Shown here: one piece after another, positions 27,035-39,485 of the stretch
Layout: every line of letters starts with the position of its first letter
Numbering within the stretch: position 1 is the stretch's first letter
Assembly (NCBI GenBank): GCA_043228905.1
Contig: JBHGNT010000006.1
Coordinates: 7,812,001-7,876,000, forward strand
Direction of reading: 5' to 3'
Source: Azolla caroliniana
Taxonomy: Eukaryota; Plantae; Polypodiophyta
Length of the DNA stretch: 64,000 nucleotides
Position numbers and translations under genes: made by a program
Notes under the pieces: generated by a model
Seen by the model: the letters and a program-made list of their open reading frames with translations, nothing else
Database searches by the model: none
What the model was told of the DNA's origin: nothing

Positions 27035-27076
<42 letters not shown>

Positions 27077-27149
27077 CTGAACATCATGCATGGTTTGCTG
27101 CCATCGCCATGGGAGCGTGCATTGTGCCGCTTACCTACACATGCAGCAG

Positions 27150-27435
27150 GGTACATACATCTGTATGTACGCATGGATGTGTAAGTAAGTGTCTGTCTCT
27201 ATGTTATGGACATATGTATGTGCGTATGTATATATATAACAGTATATGTATGTTATGTATGTATACGTATATGTATGTTATGTATGTATATGTATACAGT
27301 ATATGTATATGTATGTTATGTATGTATATGTATACAGTATATGTATATGTATGTTATGTACATATGTATATGTGGTATGATGTATATGTTATGTATGTAT
27401 ATCAATATATATATGTATTTGTATATGTGGTATGA

Positions 27436-27478
<43 letters not shown>

Positions 27479-27701
27479 TTGTTTGTACGTACGTACGTAC
27501 AAACAAACATACATACATACATACACACACACGTACGTATGTATGTATGTTTGTTTGTACGTACGTATGTATGTATGTATGTATGTATGCTATGTATGTA
27601 TGTGTGTGTATGTATGTATGTATGTATGTTTGTATGTATGTATGTATGTATGTATGTATGTGTGTGTGTGTGTGTGTGTGTGCGCGCTATGTATGCATGT
27701 T

Positions 27702-27749
<48 letters not shown>

Positions 27750-27780
27750 CGCGTACATATATTTGCGTATGTATGTGTCA
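27150..27780. repeat. Compound (TATG)n/(TG)n microsatellite containing a perfect 80-bp palindrome
   Basis: Read directly; palindrome 27453-27532 centred on (gtac)4. Confidence 0.95.
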
Positions 27781-27999
27781 ATGTAAAATACATAGTGGGA
27801 ATCTAGACGCACTCTCGTATGCATACTACATCAATCGACTCGTAGTTTTTCTAGAACTAGAGCATCACTTACAAGTAAGATCTCTTGGCAACAGTTTTGG
27901 TAGTGTCTTCAATATTCCTTGTTGCATCATGCAACTCATGGAACCATATTTAATGTTTTCAACTTAGTCAAAATTATGGGTTGTGTGAATATATCTAGT

Positions 28000-29300
28000 T
28001 GTCTTGCAACCAAGTCTATTGTGGTCAACGTATTGTTGATCCATATACCACCTTCCGACAATCACTAGATTGTATCTATGCACGATCCCTTCTTGTCATA
28101 TCCCAAAGCATCTTATACAGTTTCTTCTATAAAAAATTTTAGTTAATCGAGTAAAGGAGACCTCTATGTCCCTGTGATGTATCCACTCATGAGATTTAAC
28201 CTCATCATGAGGTTTATATTACGAAACAATTGTATTCTATAAAAGGATATATGCATGCCTCAACTTATAAACATTCCATCTATGAATATGTCTCACTCAT
28301 TTGTCTTGTATGGGGCCAATGGATCAAACGTATCAAATTTTGTGGGTGGCTCAATAGGAGTCGTTGTAATGAATTGTTATGTTAGTCTTTTCTTATCTTT
28401 TAATATGAAATTGCTATAAAGAAGATTGTGGTTAACATTTACACGTCCCTCTTTATGGTTATTCTAGTCATATGGGTGGTATAAGATACTCTAGGTGTAT
28501 GCAATCCTTGAATAAGAGATGTCTTTTGCATTATGCTTTGTAAATCAAGTCAACTCTTGTTTATCTAATAAGGTTTCTATTTATTATCCAAATTGCATTC
28601 TTTAGATAATATAGTTGTTTGCCCCAATAGGCTTGGCTCGGCTTGATGATCGACGATCAATCATTACTTAGCTATAGCTTAACATTGAATGACCAACCAT
28701 TAGTTGCGATAACCATAAACCACCAACCATGTCTTCATTATATGCTCTTTTGTGGACCATTCTTTGCCTTATTTTTAACTTGCTCAAATAACCCACTTCT
28801 TATTTGCCTTGTCTTTCATCACCTACATCATTGGTCAACTCTCTTTGTGGTCGCTAGGTGGTCTCTTTGAAGGTGTTAAGTGTCATCCATGCTATTATTT
28901 TCTCATATTGGAGGGGGTGAAGTCATCAATGGCTTCACCACATTACAAGATAAAAGGGGAAGAACAAAGACAAAGAGAGACACACAACATGATATTTTGA
29001 TTAATAAAAGATAGAAATTCTAACATTGCAAAACGTTGGCCTTTTAAATGCTTTTTAATATCAACATCAATGTTCTCCAAGTCATGATGGGATGAAACAA
29101 CTAAGCGAGGTACATTCTTCAGAAAGTCCTCAATGTAAAGAGTGGGGCATTGCAAAACTTCACTAAACTTATGGTATGTGTTATATATATCATAATACTC
29201 GGGTAATCGAGGACATATTATGTAATTACAAAACAATCTAGCTTTGTTGGGCAACTTGGTGAGACCAACTAGTGATAAATGTGTTATGTTGGACCTTGAT
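28000..29300 (-). mobile_element. Possible very old Ty3/Gypsy pol remnant
   Basis: Frameshifted trace CNAP..T..F.RM near 29110-29155 resembles the Gypsy RT motif GLCNAPATFQR. The rest is unalignable by eye. Confidence 0.3.
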
Positions 29301-29596
29301 CATATTATACAAGTGTTGCAATTCACTATAGTCATAATGAATGGTTCACAAGGAAGTCATCAGTTGGTGGTTCAATGTAAAACCCCGGGGCCAACCAACC
29401 TCAATGCATTTCTTTCACTCAATTGACCCTTATGAACCGGTAACAATTGTTAGTATGCATGTAAGGCATTTTTCCTTTTGACATTTTTTCTTTCTTTTAA
29501 AATTTCTCATCTCTTATTTGAAAAATTATGGAGAGAAATTACTTCTCCTCCGAAAATTTTAAATTTCATGTGAGAAACGATTTCTCATCCAAGTGC

Positions 29597-29873
29597 TAAG
29601 AATCGACAACAATTCAGTTTCGACTAAATAGGTTAGGTCTTGGCCAAACCAAATTGGTTAAGCCTTGAATTGAACTAGTTACTAATCGATTACAAAACCG
29701 GTTAAGGCTTAACTAGTTTGGTTGCACTAGTTTGGTTAAAGTGATTAAGCATTAACTAATTTGGGAACTGGTTTGGCCCAAAATGGTTCACTTTGGCTTC
29801 AACCTTGCCAAATCGAGCTCAAACGGGTTTAACAACTCGGATTAGGCTTGAGTTGAGCCGTTGTCGACTCCTA
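29597..29873. mobile_element. Older hAT MITE related to 23324-24015
   Basis: Degenerate TIRs taagaatcgacaac / gttgtcgactccta and a perfect 8-bp TSD ccaagtgc (29589-29596 and 29874-29881). Confidence 0.85.
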
Positions 29874-30518
29874 CCAAGTGCTAAAATCACGAGGTAGGAG
29901 AGGGGGCAAAAGCTAGTCAATCTAACTTTATTTTGTTTGATGACTTCAAGGAAAGAAGTGATTGACTATTAGTCACCTAATTAATATAATAAAGTGATTT
30001 AAAATAAATCAAGATTTTTTATTATTATTAAACACAAAAACAAACAAGTTAGCATGACTTCACCCCCTCGTTCCTTTATTTCTTCATTACCTAGCAACGA
30101 TCCATTAATCCCCAATGCCACCACCAAATTAGATGTGTCACTTCTAGGTGTGTTGGATCAAACACACATCTTTCTCTCGATCATATGTTGGGGTTGATGG
30201 TCATTTCCCCTTTCAATACGAAATGGGCAAGGGTAGTTATCAAATACATACTCTTAAGCCACTATACTAACTAGACAAACTCTTCCTTCCCACTATTAAC
30301 TAGTTTTTAGAACTAAGAAGGTAATTAGTAGCACATTGCAGCATACTTGTCTACCTTACTAGTTAAAAATACAAAAAAAGAACGCAAGTGAGCAAAACAT
30401 GCTTCAATTAATTAAATCAAACCACAAATCACGTACAAGAATAATGTGTGTAAGGCATAGAGTAAAGTGCTTAGCTCTAATATCATGAAATGTGAAAAGT
30501 GTGAGCGAGTGAGTGAGT

Positions 30519-30571
<53 letters not shown>

Positions 30572-31194
30572 TTGCTATTATCGTCTTCGAGGGTCAAATA
30601 TGATTTATTAAACCAAAAATATTTCATTTCACGTAATACATGTGTGTGTGTGTGAGACAAGCTTTACCCTAAATCTCAAGAATGAGGAAAAAAAACCATT
30701 GAAGAGAGGTATAAATAACCTCTATAATCACTTACAATGTTTGGCCCTTTTTACACTAGTATGGCCACAAGGTTTTAAACTCTATAGCATTTTCTCTTGT
30801 GTCCTCTTCTTTTGCACCTACACTTGCGTGCTTGGTACTAATGCATATATCATTGTTAGATAGTAAAACGTATGACATGAACTCAACAAATATTTTGTTG
30901 ACTCGATCTTCTCCAAACTGAAAAGTGTGACCCGTGATCTATGAAGAATGATGATCGATCATTTTAATCATGGGGTCGAAGATGAATTGTGATATATCTT
31001 TGTTACTCCCTCTAAGCACTGAGACAAGTCATCCCCTTCATTCGTATGGTTATACCTTCAAACAAAAAAAATGAGCCATAGTTGTTTTGAGTGAATACAC
31101 GCATGCATAAGTTAAATACCTAAAACATTGAAACACATATGTGTAGCAAATATAGGTTTGTGTCGCAGTGGTGGTTTGAGTTAACAAAACCAAA

Positions 31195-31672
31195 GAATTA
31201 TTCACATTTGCCTATAAGTAATCCTACAACATGTCCTTTAATAATCCCAAACGGTTTTTCCATCACAACAACCTATATTATTGCGACTGTTATACGCAAA
31301 CTTGTTTATCTTTGGTTTTGATTTTCCAAAGAAGAATATACTCCATTAGTTAAAATGACATACAATACACAACTTTAGACATTACCTACTTCCGTATGGG
31401 TTACATCACTTATTTATCTTACACTAAATAGCATATGGAAGTAAGATAAATAAGTGATGTAACCCATACGGAAGTAGGTAATGTCTAAAGTTGTGTATTG
31501 TATGTCATTTTAACTAATGGAGTATATTCTTCTTTGGAAAATCAAAACCAAAGATAAACAAGTTTGCGTATAACAATCGCAATAATATAGGTTGTTGTGA
31601 TGGAAAAACAGTTTGGGATTATTGAAGGACATGCATGTTGTAGGATTACTTATAGGCAAATGTGAATAATTC
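31195..31672. repeat. Long near-perfect inverted repeat (hairpin)
   Basis: Arms 31195-31422 and 31441-31672, 18-nt loop, about 3 mismatches plus one 4-bp indel. Confidence 0.97.
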
Positions 31673-34600
31673 ATAATATTCAATGTCAAACTTCATATCT
31701 CGTTTCCAAAGGCTTGAATAAAATTACATTGACTGGTCCATATTCGAAGTTGCAACCTCTTTATCAAGTCTAGCAACCAAATTAACTTTGGATATATTTG
31801 TTATGCATAAATTATAGACGTATTGGCAAGAGTACAACATCACTCTTGTTTCAACTTAAGTTCTAAGTGTTTTTCCATGTAGTTGTAAAACCCTATTTTA
31901 CATGTAAAACACTGGTAAATCAAGTCCATCAAATATTCGCCTAGTGGAATAATAAAGCAGTGGACCTAACATCAAAATTTAGTTTCCATGCTCTTGGAAT
32001 TGTTTTTAAGTAACAAAGACTTGTTTGGAAGTGTTTTGAAACAAAAAATAATGATCATAATTCACATCAATTTTTTAGTCAAGGGTTATTGTGAGTGGAT
32101 TGTTTTCTAAGATTCGGAGTACGGGCCTCGTTTCTTTATAACTATCACGTTTGGTTTTCTAGAGATAACTAGATAATTAGAGTTATTAGTACGTTAAATA
32201 TTTTAAAGAGGCACGTGCAATTTTAAAATATTGTTTGATGTTTTCAAACTTTTCACGTTACAAAGAATTAGCTCAATTTCCGGGTTTTTGAAATCAAGGT
32301 GTATAAAATAATGATATTTTTCAAAATGCTCCTCATGTCTTGGGGATTTTTCAAATTGAAGTCTTCTCAAAGTTGTTATTTCTCAAAATACATTTACTTT
32401 TTGAGAATTGTTCATGAACTCCATTGGAATCTTTATGGGAAACTGTTTAGCATTCCTTGTTTTAATACAATTGTGTTGCAAGTCCTATGAGCCCAATAAC
32501 ACAAGAAAAGTAAAAAAGGTTAACATCATCCGAAGAGCATAAACATGATTGTGGAACCCCAAATGAGTGTTAAAAGGTAACCTACTTTGTCGTGTATCTT
32601 CTTACGACCAATTTTGTGCCAAATTGGAGAGCGTGTGTATGTGCTCTAGGGTGAGGCTTAGTGTGTCCAACTTGAAGAAGTTTTGCAAGGATGGGGGACA
32701 CAATAAATGATCGTAGAAATTATTTTTGAATGTTATGGATGCTTCACATTAGAGCTCCTTTCCACAAGGACATTGAGTTACCTTTCCCATGTTTCTACTA
32801 TTCTAGAGCTCACATTCTTGACAATGAATGCAACTAATTGTTCGTTCCAATAAACAAGGTTGGTTTCAAAGTGACGAGAATTGATTGTGTGTTTCTAAAG
32901 CAATGTACATGTGTGTTACTGTGAAATGTGTAGATTCGGTCATTGTATTGAGGTTTTTGGGTCCTAACTCCTGAGACATGACTCTCCCATGATCAATGAA
33001 ATGGGAACTATGGGGAGCTTCTCCATATCCAAGACATGACTCTCCCATCAATTGTGATTCGGGGACTGTAGTCATGAAAGGTGATGCAATGAAGATACTT
33101 ATCAATCTCAGTCTCGTGATAATGGTTGTGCGTATGTGTCTATGCACAATCTGCTCCAGTAAGTCCTCCCCAAGCTCCTTCTCGATTTCAAGGGTGATTA
33201 CCCTTCTTGCAATGAACAATGTGGGGGTGATAAAATGTGGTTGCGTGTGGCCTACAATTTATTTCATTTGTGCCAACATATTGGTCAATGTGACTGTAGT
33301 AGCATAATGCATTGCATAAATTTGTTATTCTCAACATTATCATTCCATTTGATTTGAGGGCATTTGTAAGGCATATTCAGTATGTTTGTGAGCACACAAT
33401 TGGTGTGCAAGTCAAGTTGTATTGCAATATTCCATCTCTCAAACCATTTACACATGTCGGGTGCCCACTCAGGGGGGGAGGACAATATCTAGTATCTATA
33501 GCATATATTTGGTGCATGATTGCTTTTCCTTTGTCTTATTCCCTTTGGTTGTTTGTTTGTAGAGTGTAACTCCGAATGAGATCAAGATGCATATTTGGTG
33601 TGAGTGAGTCCTTATGAAGGTAATCATGAAAGCAAGTAGGACCTCACTAAATTTATTAACAAGAATAAGAATCTCTTTCAAAAGGACATTATTGTCAAGA
33701 ATACTTAGTTGAATTCCATGACTTGTCCCCTTATGGGAAAGGTTTTTGCATATAGGTTTAGTTAGGTTTTCATCGCTTCCGACTAACTGCTCACCAACTT
33801 GATGGATTATTAGCTCAAGATGTTGTATTGGCCCATCATATATATTTTGTGTAGTGCCCTCCAAACGATCAATGTACATAAAGTTTAGGAAATGTTGGCT
33901 TAAAGTTTTTTGATCAATTCAGCCCGGTGAACCCATGCGGTTTCAACCTGCACAAAGGCCAAAGGCAAATGTTCATGGTTCGTCGGATTAACCAATCGAA
34001 AATGGCCCTAGCCTTACCCTGGGAGAAGAGTTGTTAATGAGCAAGTTAATTGAGAAAATTCTATGAATGTGGATTCTCTTCTCAACTAATTGGCTAAACT
34101 TATCAAACTAATAGATTATATAAATGAATTTCGTGTATCATGTTTGACGTCACTCTTTCAAGTACATGAATAAATTTGAAAAAATATGTAGATATTGAGT
34201 CATGAATCACATGATAGTTTTTGTTAAATTCTAGTATATAAATGTAGCTTTTTTATATTCAAGATAATTTTTAATAGAATATCTACATTTACTAATAACA
34301 TTTTACTTGCAAAACAAGTTCTTGAGAATACGCCTCCTGAAGATACAAAGTTAGAGAGAAAGATAGAGTGCGGCCTGAAAGACAAAGAGATAGAGTTTAC
34401 CTTTCAAATCTCATATCTTCCTCATTCGGAATCTGATTCAAACGAGGTCTGAGTCGTTTTGGGGGTTTTGGCGCCTTCTAGATGGATTGAGCATGTCAGA
34501 TTCACTCATATCTAAGCGGCGTGCAGACTATAAGACCTGCCTATTTCGACCTAAGCTGTGAGACATTAGGTTTGCTACTCTCATTAACTTTGTTAGACCT

Positions 34601-35580
34601 CTCTACATTTCAACACACAAAGTAGCAGGTCTACCAAATCATTGTTGTCAAGGGTGTTTCAATCAACTTCTATATGGAATAAGAAGAGGAAAGAAATAAT
34701 AGAAAATCCTTTAGATACAAAATGACTTTAGGATAGTCTAGTAGAGGACTTTGGAGAGGCTAGATAGACATGGGATGACCCTTTGCCAAGCAAGACATTT
34801 ACAATCCCATCAAAAGACTTGCTAAATCCTTTGAAAGTGTACATGTCAAACACAATTATTCTCTTTTTCCTTGGAAAGATGCCTTTTGCATATGACGTAG
34901 CTCAATGGATAAATGCAATGTTTAAACTCTATGAAGTTAGTGGAGTTTATTTTGCTGCTAAAGGCTTTTACGAAGTGTTGCTAGTAGAATCGAAGTACAA
35001 AACTCAATTACTTGAAGAATCTCCGTTAATATATAGAGATCAAATGGTTTGTGCATTGTTGTGGTCTTTGACTAAAGACTATCAAGGACTAATTCATGAC
35101 AAATGTACTCTTTGGGTGGAATTGTTGACTTTCCATGAAATTGGAATCACTTGTTACCTACAATCGCAGCCAGAATGGGGAGAGTCATATGCCCCCAAAA
35201 AACTATAAGTACTTCTAATAGATTTTGCATTCTTTCGGACACAGATGTTTTGATCTTAGAAGGTATCACCCTCAACTCGGATGATCCAACTGTTGGTGCA
35301 AGACCTTTCAAGCTAAAATGGGGCAAAATTGCAGGTGCATGTTACACATTTAACAAGTTTGGTCATATGCAATCAGAATGCCCAACGCTCACTATTCAAC
35401 CACATGAAACCACCATGTTGAAATATGCATCACTGAAAGAAAATAGTTAGGTTCCTTCTTCAAAGGCAACCAACCAATCTATGATGCAACCCATCCAGAA
35501 ACCGAGAGTACAAGACAAAGGGAAAAGTAAAGTCCTTCAGACAATTGGTAATGTCCAATCAAACCTGCACGATTTGGGAT

Positions 35581-36696
35581 TGTTGGAGTTTGAGGCCGTC
35601 AGTGTGGAACCATAAACAACACCTTCTGATGAAGATCACCGAGTTAACAAGCTATAGCAAGATTAGAGAGACAACGTGAGAGAGAAACAAGAGAGATCGA
35701 TAGACAGAGAGGCGCACGAGATGTAATTGTATTATTTGAACTCTAAGTTACAACAAATGGAGGCAACAACCTTATGAGCTAGGTTATAAGCCCATTATAT
35801 ACTAACTAGGCTAGGGAAACTACCCTTTGACATATTTATAGAATTGTCCTAAACCTAGTCTGTCTAATGGACAATGTGAATATGGTCATTAAACACCCGT
35901 ATTTGAGACCCCCCCGTAATGAGCGTATTCAATGAGAAGAGACTTGTAATATAAAATAGAAGATATAGGTTATACCAAGAGATGCTATGATAGATCGACT
36001 TGTAGCCAAATTGACGATGGCTGAGAGGGACAAAGGCCAAATCGGCTAGTTTGAGTGCTCGAAGCTATCTCTGTTGTCCGACTCAATCAGACTGGATAAT
36101 CCTTAAGCCCATTTGGTACCAATGTGACCGAAATCGGTCAGCTGCGAGACACTTGGTCATCCCGTCTAATATGTCGTCGTCCGTGGAGATCTTCTCGAGG
36201 CCGAGCTTTCTTGAGGTTACATAGTCCCGAACAAAGTGATACCGAACATCAATATTCTTGGAGGCGTTGTGCTGAACCAGATTCTTTGATAGAGCAAGAA
36301 CACCCTAACTGTCATTGTAGACAACTGGAGCCGAATTGGGGTCGACTTGTCGAAACATACACGCCACCTGACCGAGCCATAAAGCTTCTTTTGCCGCGTC
36401 GGATGCGACTATGTATTCAACCTCAATCATTGAAGTGGCCATGCACTCCTGAAGTTTCGACTTCCACGAAATTGCTCCATTGCCGAATTTGAAGCAATAT
36501 CCGGTTGTTGACTTTCGATTGTCCACACAACTAGCAAAGTTTGAGTTGGTGTAATTGACTACGCCTGGTTTCTTGTTCTGATCGAAAAGGATGCCAAGGT
36601 CTTGTGTGCCCACCAAGTATCTAAATACATGCTTGACTGCATTCCAATGCGATTGGCATGGATTATGCATGAATCTGTTGACGACTCCGACAACGT
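35581..36696 (-). mobile_element. Ty1/Copia 3' fragment (RT end, RNase H, probable LTR) nested in the L1
   Basis: VNRFMHNPCQSHWNAVKHVFRYL, RKSTTGYCF, AISWKSKLQ, EVEYIVAS..AKEALWL, KNIDVRYHFVRD. An LTR-like segment starts tgttgg at 35581. Confidence 0.88.
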
Positions 36697-39485
36697 TGTC
36701 ATGAAGGATTTGCTTCACGATATAAAAATAAACTTCAATATTGTATAAAGTAACATCTGAGAGACTTGAACCCATAACCTCACACACCAAGGACGAAATA
36801 TATACCATTAGGATAATTTATTTTTTATAATTATGTTTTTATCATCCTACTTATGACATGTGTATCTTCATACATTAGAGCTTGGATCAACATGATGGTT
36901 GTCATGCATCACATGTAACACATGTGCGCCAAATGGCGATCATGCATCACATGCATTACATGCCATGCACCCCCCATATCATCATATGCATGAGAGAACC
37001 TATAAAGAGAGGCACTGAATTAAGGGATGGATAAAGGGAAAACATGGTAATCAAAGTCAAGAGAAAGTAAAAAACTCAAATAATTTATCAAGCAAAGAAG
37101 CTAGCTCATTTGAGAAAGTGTCTTGTCTCTCGATGTTGAAGTTGAGGGTTCAAATCAAGAGTCGGTAGAGAAAGGTTTCATCTTGCTATCAAGCATTGTA
37201 AAGTTGGTAAAATCTTGTTTTCTTAATATTAATCATATTCATATCATATACTCTTGCTTCTTAAATCATACATTGTCTCTATTTTTTATGTATACTCGTC
37301 TCTCTCTCACACATTACTTTGTCTTCCTATCCTTAATCTTTCTAACATCAACGCGCAAGCCTTATAAAATATATAGCCAACTTCCTTTAACCTTAGTCTC
37401 GGTGACTTCGCCGCACGAACCACAACTACCCCGACATATTTGGTGAACCCAATGTGAAGGCGGCGACAAGGAAAAATGGAGGAGCAAATGAGGCTTATGT
37501 GTACGATGATGGAACGAATGATGCGGGAGCAAGGGATGATGGCAAGCATCGACAAAGCCATCGACAATATTCTCGCACGAATAGAGATCTTTGAAGGTAT
37601 GAATTTAACAAGATTTGTGAAGATTTACAACGAGGAAATGCTTAAACGAGGTGTCGACAAAGCAGCAAAAATTAATAGCTTGAGTCGAGTCGCTGCGATT
37701 GGGCTACAAGAAAGGATCTAAGAGCTACAAAGAGAGCATCAGATATGGGCAATTTTCCAAAGAGCATTATTGAATGAATACAACCTCTATGATATGTCAA
37801 GGATGACAATGCGAGCTTTCATGGATTGGGTAGAGTCCAATAAACATTTAAGTGTTTTGGAAGTGTTAAAAGAATTTTTAGTTCAAAGATTTGAGCAATT
37901 AAATGTTAGGGATAGAAATATAATAATACCAGATAAAATAATATTGTTTCTACAAGCCACTAATATTAAAGACAGGAAGGACTTGGGAATGCTTTTGGAA
38001 GATCAAAATAGTCTGAGTGGACTTACCGAAGACTGGGAGGAGGTGAAAAGTGTGTGCGCCCATTTTTGTATAAGAAAGTTATTATGGAGCTGCCTAAGAG
38101 GAAGGGAGACGAAATGGGGAACGACTCGGGCGAAAAGAAAGTAGAAGAGTCACTCTTGCATGAATTGGTGAAAGGCATGAAAAACTTGTCGATCAAAGTC
38201 ACAAAGTTGGAATCAGGACAACGCTCAACTTCATCAAGGCAAGGAGGTGGAATGGTCTGAAGGTGTATGTGGTGCGATAGTGTTGACCACTAGAAGAAAG
38301 ACTACCAAGAACATATGGATGCTCTTAATCTTGAAAAAACCAACTATCAAGATGGTAAGATTCACTCCACAAAGACTCGACAACCACTCCAACTCACCTT
38401 CGGGCGATGTGGAATGAAAAAGCTAATAGAATATGTTGAGAGGAAAACAATTCAAGCGATACAATCCATGGCAACCTTAGGGTTGCGCATAGAAGACTTA
38501 GATGGTGGGTCTAGCTTTTGGCAATATGTGATGGAGTATGCAAGAAAAGGGAAGGTTCGAGTGGATGAATTAAAAGGAGCGGGAGATGAAATATGGCACT
38601 TCACTGGATGGAATGATCCAATAGATGCACTATCCGCATTCGTCCACAAAAATTGGGGAGCAACAAATTCTTTGCATTGCTTTGATAAATCTTGGATCGG
38701 AAATCAACATGATATTGTTGAAATGTTATGCTCAAGGAAAGTGGACAATCAATAAGAATCATGGGTGGAAGATAAGAGTTGCGACAGAGATGATCAAGAG
38801 TTAGGATGGAAGGAAGGCAATACAGTTCTTAACCGTGAGGCCTAACCATGAAAGAAACAAAGAATTCTTGAGGGAACATCCAATTCGGAAAGGGAATGAA
38901 GAGTTTTTTCAAGATTTTGGATGAACTCTGCACATCCAATGTGCAAGTTCAGGGTGGGTGTCGTGAAGGATTTGCTTCACGATATAAGAATAAACTTCAA
39001 TATTGTATTAAGTAAAATTTGTGGGACTTGAACCCATAACCTCACACACCAAGGACACAGTACATAGCATTAGCTTATGACATGTCTATCTTCATACATT
39101 AGAGCTTAGATCAGCATGATGGTTATCATGCATCACATGTAACGCATGTGCGCCAAATGGCGATCATGCATGCCATGCACCCCCCATATCATCATATGCA
39201 TGAGAGGACCTATAAAGAGAGGCAAGGAATTAAGGGATGGATCAAGGGAAAATAGGGTAATCAATCAAGAGAAAATAAAAAATCAAACAATTTATCAAGC
39301 AAAGTAGTTAGCTCATTTGGGGAAGTGTCTTGTCTCTCAGTGTTGAAGTCGAGGGTTCAAATCAAGAGTCAGTAGAGAAAGGTTTCATCTTGCTATCAAG
39401 CATTGTAAAGTTGGTAAAATCTTGTTTTTTTAAATTATACATTGTTTTTTATCTATCAACCCGTCCGGTCTCGCGCACTTCAACA
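36697..39485 (+). mobile_element. Non-autonomous Gypsy-type LTR element carrying only gag and a protease remnant
   Basis: LTR1 36697-37436 (tgtc...gaca). PBS tggtgaaccca at 37441 resembles the complement of a tRNA-Trp 3' end. Decayed gag with knuckle CMWCDSVDH, protease-like LINLGSEINM, PPT agggtggg 38951-38958. LTR2 starts at 38959 and is truncated near 39445-39485. Confidence 0.85.

Noticed and set aside
27109-27967. Long ORFs rich in M, C, V and Y
   Set aside because: They are translations of a microsatellite.
32560-33900. Several 60-130 aa ORFs
   Set aside because: No diagnostic motif; probably a decayed retroelement, but the family cannot be supported.
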